Below the pieces are notes generated by a model. That model worked only from the letters and a program-made list of their open reading frames with translations. It searched no databases and was not told the DNA's origin. Below are positions 61,696 through 64,000 of a DNA stretch of 64,000 bases, piece after piece (the stretch's first letter is position 1; every line of letters starts with the position of its first letter). Origin of the DNA: the human T2T-CHM13v2.0 reference genome, Homo sapiens. The stretch is taken from assembly GCF_009914755.1 (NCBI RefSeq), contig NC_060947.1; one strand, 5' to 3'. The position numbers and the translations under genes are program-made.

Positions 61696-63945
61696 ATATT
61701 TTATTTTTATTTCTTATTGGTACGTAATATTTGTACATATTTTTGAGGTATATGTGATACTTTATTACATGTGTAGACTTTGTAATGATCAAGTAAGGAT
61801 ATCTGGGGTACCATCGCCTCAAGTATTTTTTTTTATTTTTATGTATTTAAAGCATTTCAATTCCTCTCTTCTAGCTATTTTGAAATGTACAATGCATTGT
61901 TGTTAACTATGGACACCTTACCTTGCTATCAAGCATTAGAACTTCTTTCTTCTTTCTAACACTATTTTCGTACCCATTACTGACCCTCTCTTTATCACCC
62001 CAACCCCAACCCACACAAGCTTCCCAGCCTCTGGTATCTATCATTCTATACTCTACCTCCACAAGATAAACTTCTTTAGCTCCCACATATAAATGAGAAT
62101 ATATAATATTTGTCTTTCTATGCCTGGCTTATTTCACTTAACATAAGGACCTTCAGTTTCATCCATGTTGCTGCAAATGACATGATTTTATTCCTTTTCA
62201 TGTCTGAATAATACTCCCTTGAGTATATATACCACACTTTCTTTATCCATTAATCCATTGATGAACATTTTGGTTAATTCAGTATCTTTGCTATTGTGAA
62301 TAGTGTTGTAACAAACATGCAAGTGTGGGTATCCCTTTGATATACTGATTTATTTTACTTTGGATAAATATATAGTACTGAGATTACTGAATGGTATGGT
62401 AGTTCTATTTTTAGTTTCAGTTTTTTTTAAATCTCCATAATCTCCATACTCTTTTCCATAGTGGCTATACTATTCTACATTTCAACCAACAGTGTGTAAG
62501 AGTTCCCTTTTTTCTCTATACTTACCAGCATTTGATATTTTTTCTTACTTTAATAGTAGGCATTCTAATTGGAGTATAATGATGTTTCATTGTGACTTTT
62601 ATTTGCACTTTCCTGGGAATGAGTGATGTTGAACATTTTTCTATATACCTGTTGATCATTTCTGTGTCTTCTTTGGCAAAATATATCCTTATGTCCTTTG
62701 CCCACTTTTTCATAGGATTGTTTTTGTTTTTTTACTGTTGAGTTGTTTGAGTTTCTTGTATATAGTCCCTTGTTGAATGAATAGTTTGCACATACCCAAT
62801 TCAAGGCATGGACTTTTCACTTTGTTGATTGTTTCCTTTGCTGTTCAGAAGCCTTTTAACTCTGACGTTTTTACTGACACATTCATCTATTTTTTGTTTT
62901 TGTTGCCTGTGCTTTTGAGGTCTTAGCTATGAAATATTGGGGCCTAGACCAATGCCCTAAAGTGTTATTCTTATGTGTTCTTCTAGTAGTTGTGCAGTTT
63001 TAGGTCTTATGTTTAAGTCTTTAATTCATTTTGAGTTGATTTTTTTTATATGGTAAGAGATAGGGATCCAGTTTCATTCTGCATATGGGTGTCCAGTTTT
63101 CTCAGCACCATTTATTGAAGAGGGTACCCTATCCTCAATGTATGTTCTTGTTGTCTTTGTTGAAAATCAGTTGGCTTTAAATATGTGGCTTTATTGGATT
63201 CTTTTTTATGTTCTGTTCTGTTGGTTGACATGCCTGTTTCTATACCCAAACAATGCTGTTTGGGTTATATAGCCTTGTAATATATTTTTTAAGTCAGGTA
63301 GTATAATGCCTCTAGCTTTGTTGTTTTTTTAATCAGGACTGCTTTGGCTAGTCAGCCTCTTTTTTTCTATCCATATGGATTTCAGAAATTTTTTCTAATT
63401 ATGTGAAAGATAACATTGGCATTTTGATAAAAATTGTATTGAATCTGTCAATTGCTTTGGTCCATATGACCATTTTAATGATATTAATTTTTCTGATCTA
63501 TGAGCATGGGATGTCTTTCCATTTGTTTGTGTTGTCTTCAATTTCTTCCATCAGTGCTTTGTACTTTTTCTTGTAGTGTTTTTTATCTTATTTGTTGAAT
63601 TTATTTCTAGGTATTTCTTTTGTAGCTATTGTAAATTTGATTAACTTACTGATTTATTTCTCAACTTGTTCATTATTGGTGTATATAAATGCTATTGATT
63701 GCTGTATATTGATTTTGTATCCTGCAACTTTACTGAATTTATTTATCATATCTAAGAGTTTTTTGGCAGAGTCTTTAGTTTTTTCTTGTTATAAAATTAT
63801 GTCATCTGCAAAGAGGGACAATTTAACTTACTCTTTTGCAATTTTAATGCCTTTTATACTTTTTTCTTGCACGATTGCTCTGACTACGACATTTACTCTG
63901 CTGAATAGAAGTGGCAACAGTGGGCATCCTAGCCATGTTTCAGTT
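61696..63945 (-). mobile_element. L1MA4-like LINE-1, 3' 2.2 kb
   Basis: T-rich tail, antisense L1MA 3' UTR (ctagctattttgaaatgtacaat...) and antisense ORF2. Confidence 0.88.
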
Positions 63946-64000
63946 CAGGCGAGCAATCACAGTACCTGATTTTAACTTTATATCTTTGAAAGAGATATTG

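Overview
This is mammalian (primate, very probably human) AT-rich non-coding DNA, and roughly two thirds of it is LINE-1. It has no intact protein-coding gene, RNA gene or CRISPR array. The window is a stack of nested transposon insertions: ancient L2, L3/CR1 and MIR; DNA transposons (MER2, a full-length Tigger1); solo LTRs (MLT1, THE1, MER66-like, LTR54-like, LTR12/ERV9); Alus including a young AluYi6-like copy; and L1s ranging from L1M/L1MA/L1MB to L1PA2. A disabled processed pseudogene of MTFR1 lies on the minus strand near the right end (probably MTFR1P1, which from memory is X-linked, consistent with the L1 density). I found no evidence of a new multi-gene system. The most interesting signals are mechanistic fossils: (i) an L1PA2 insertion whose inverted part appears to have overwritten the homologous stretch of an older antisense L1PA8; (ii) twin-primed inversions, 3' transductions and tail-less L1 fragments; (iii) several short templated hairpin insertions; (iv) a candidate unannotated exon or recursive splice site. 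Subfamily names come from recalled consensus diagnostics, not from an alignment run.
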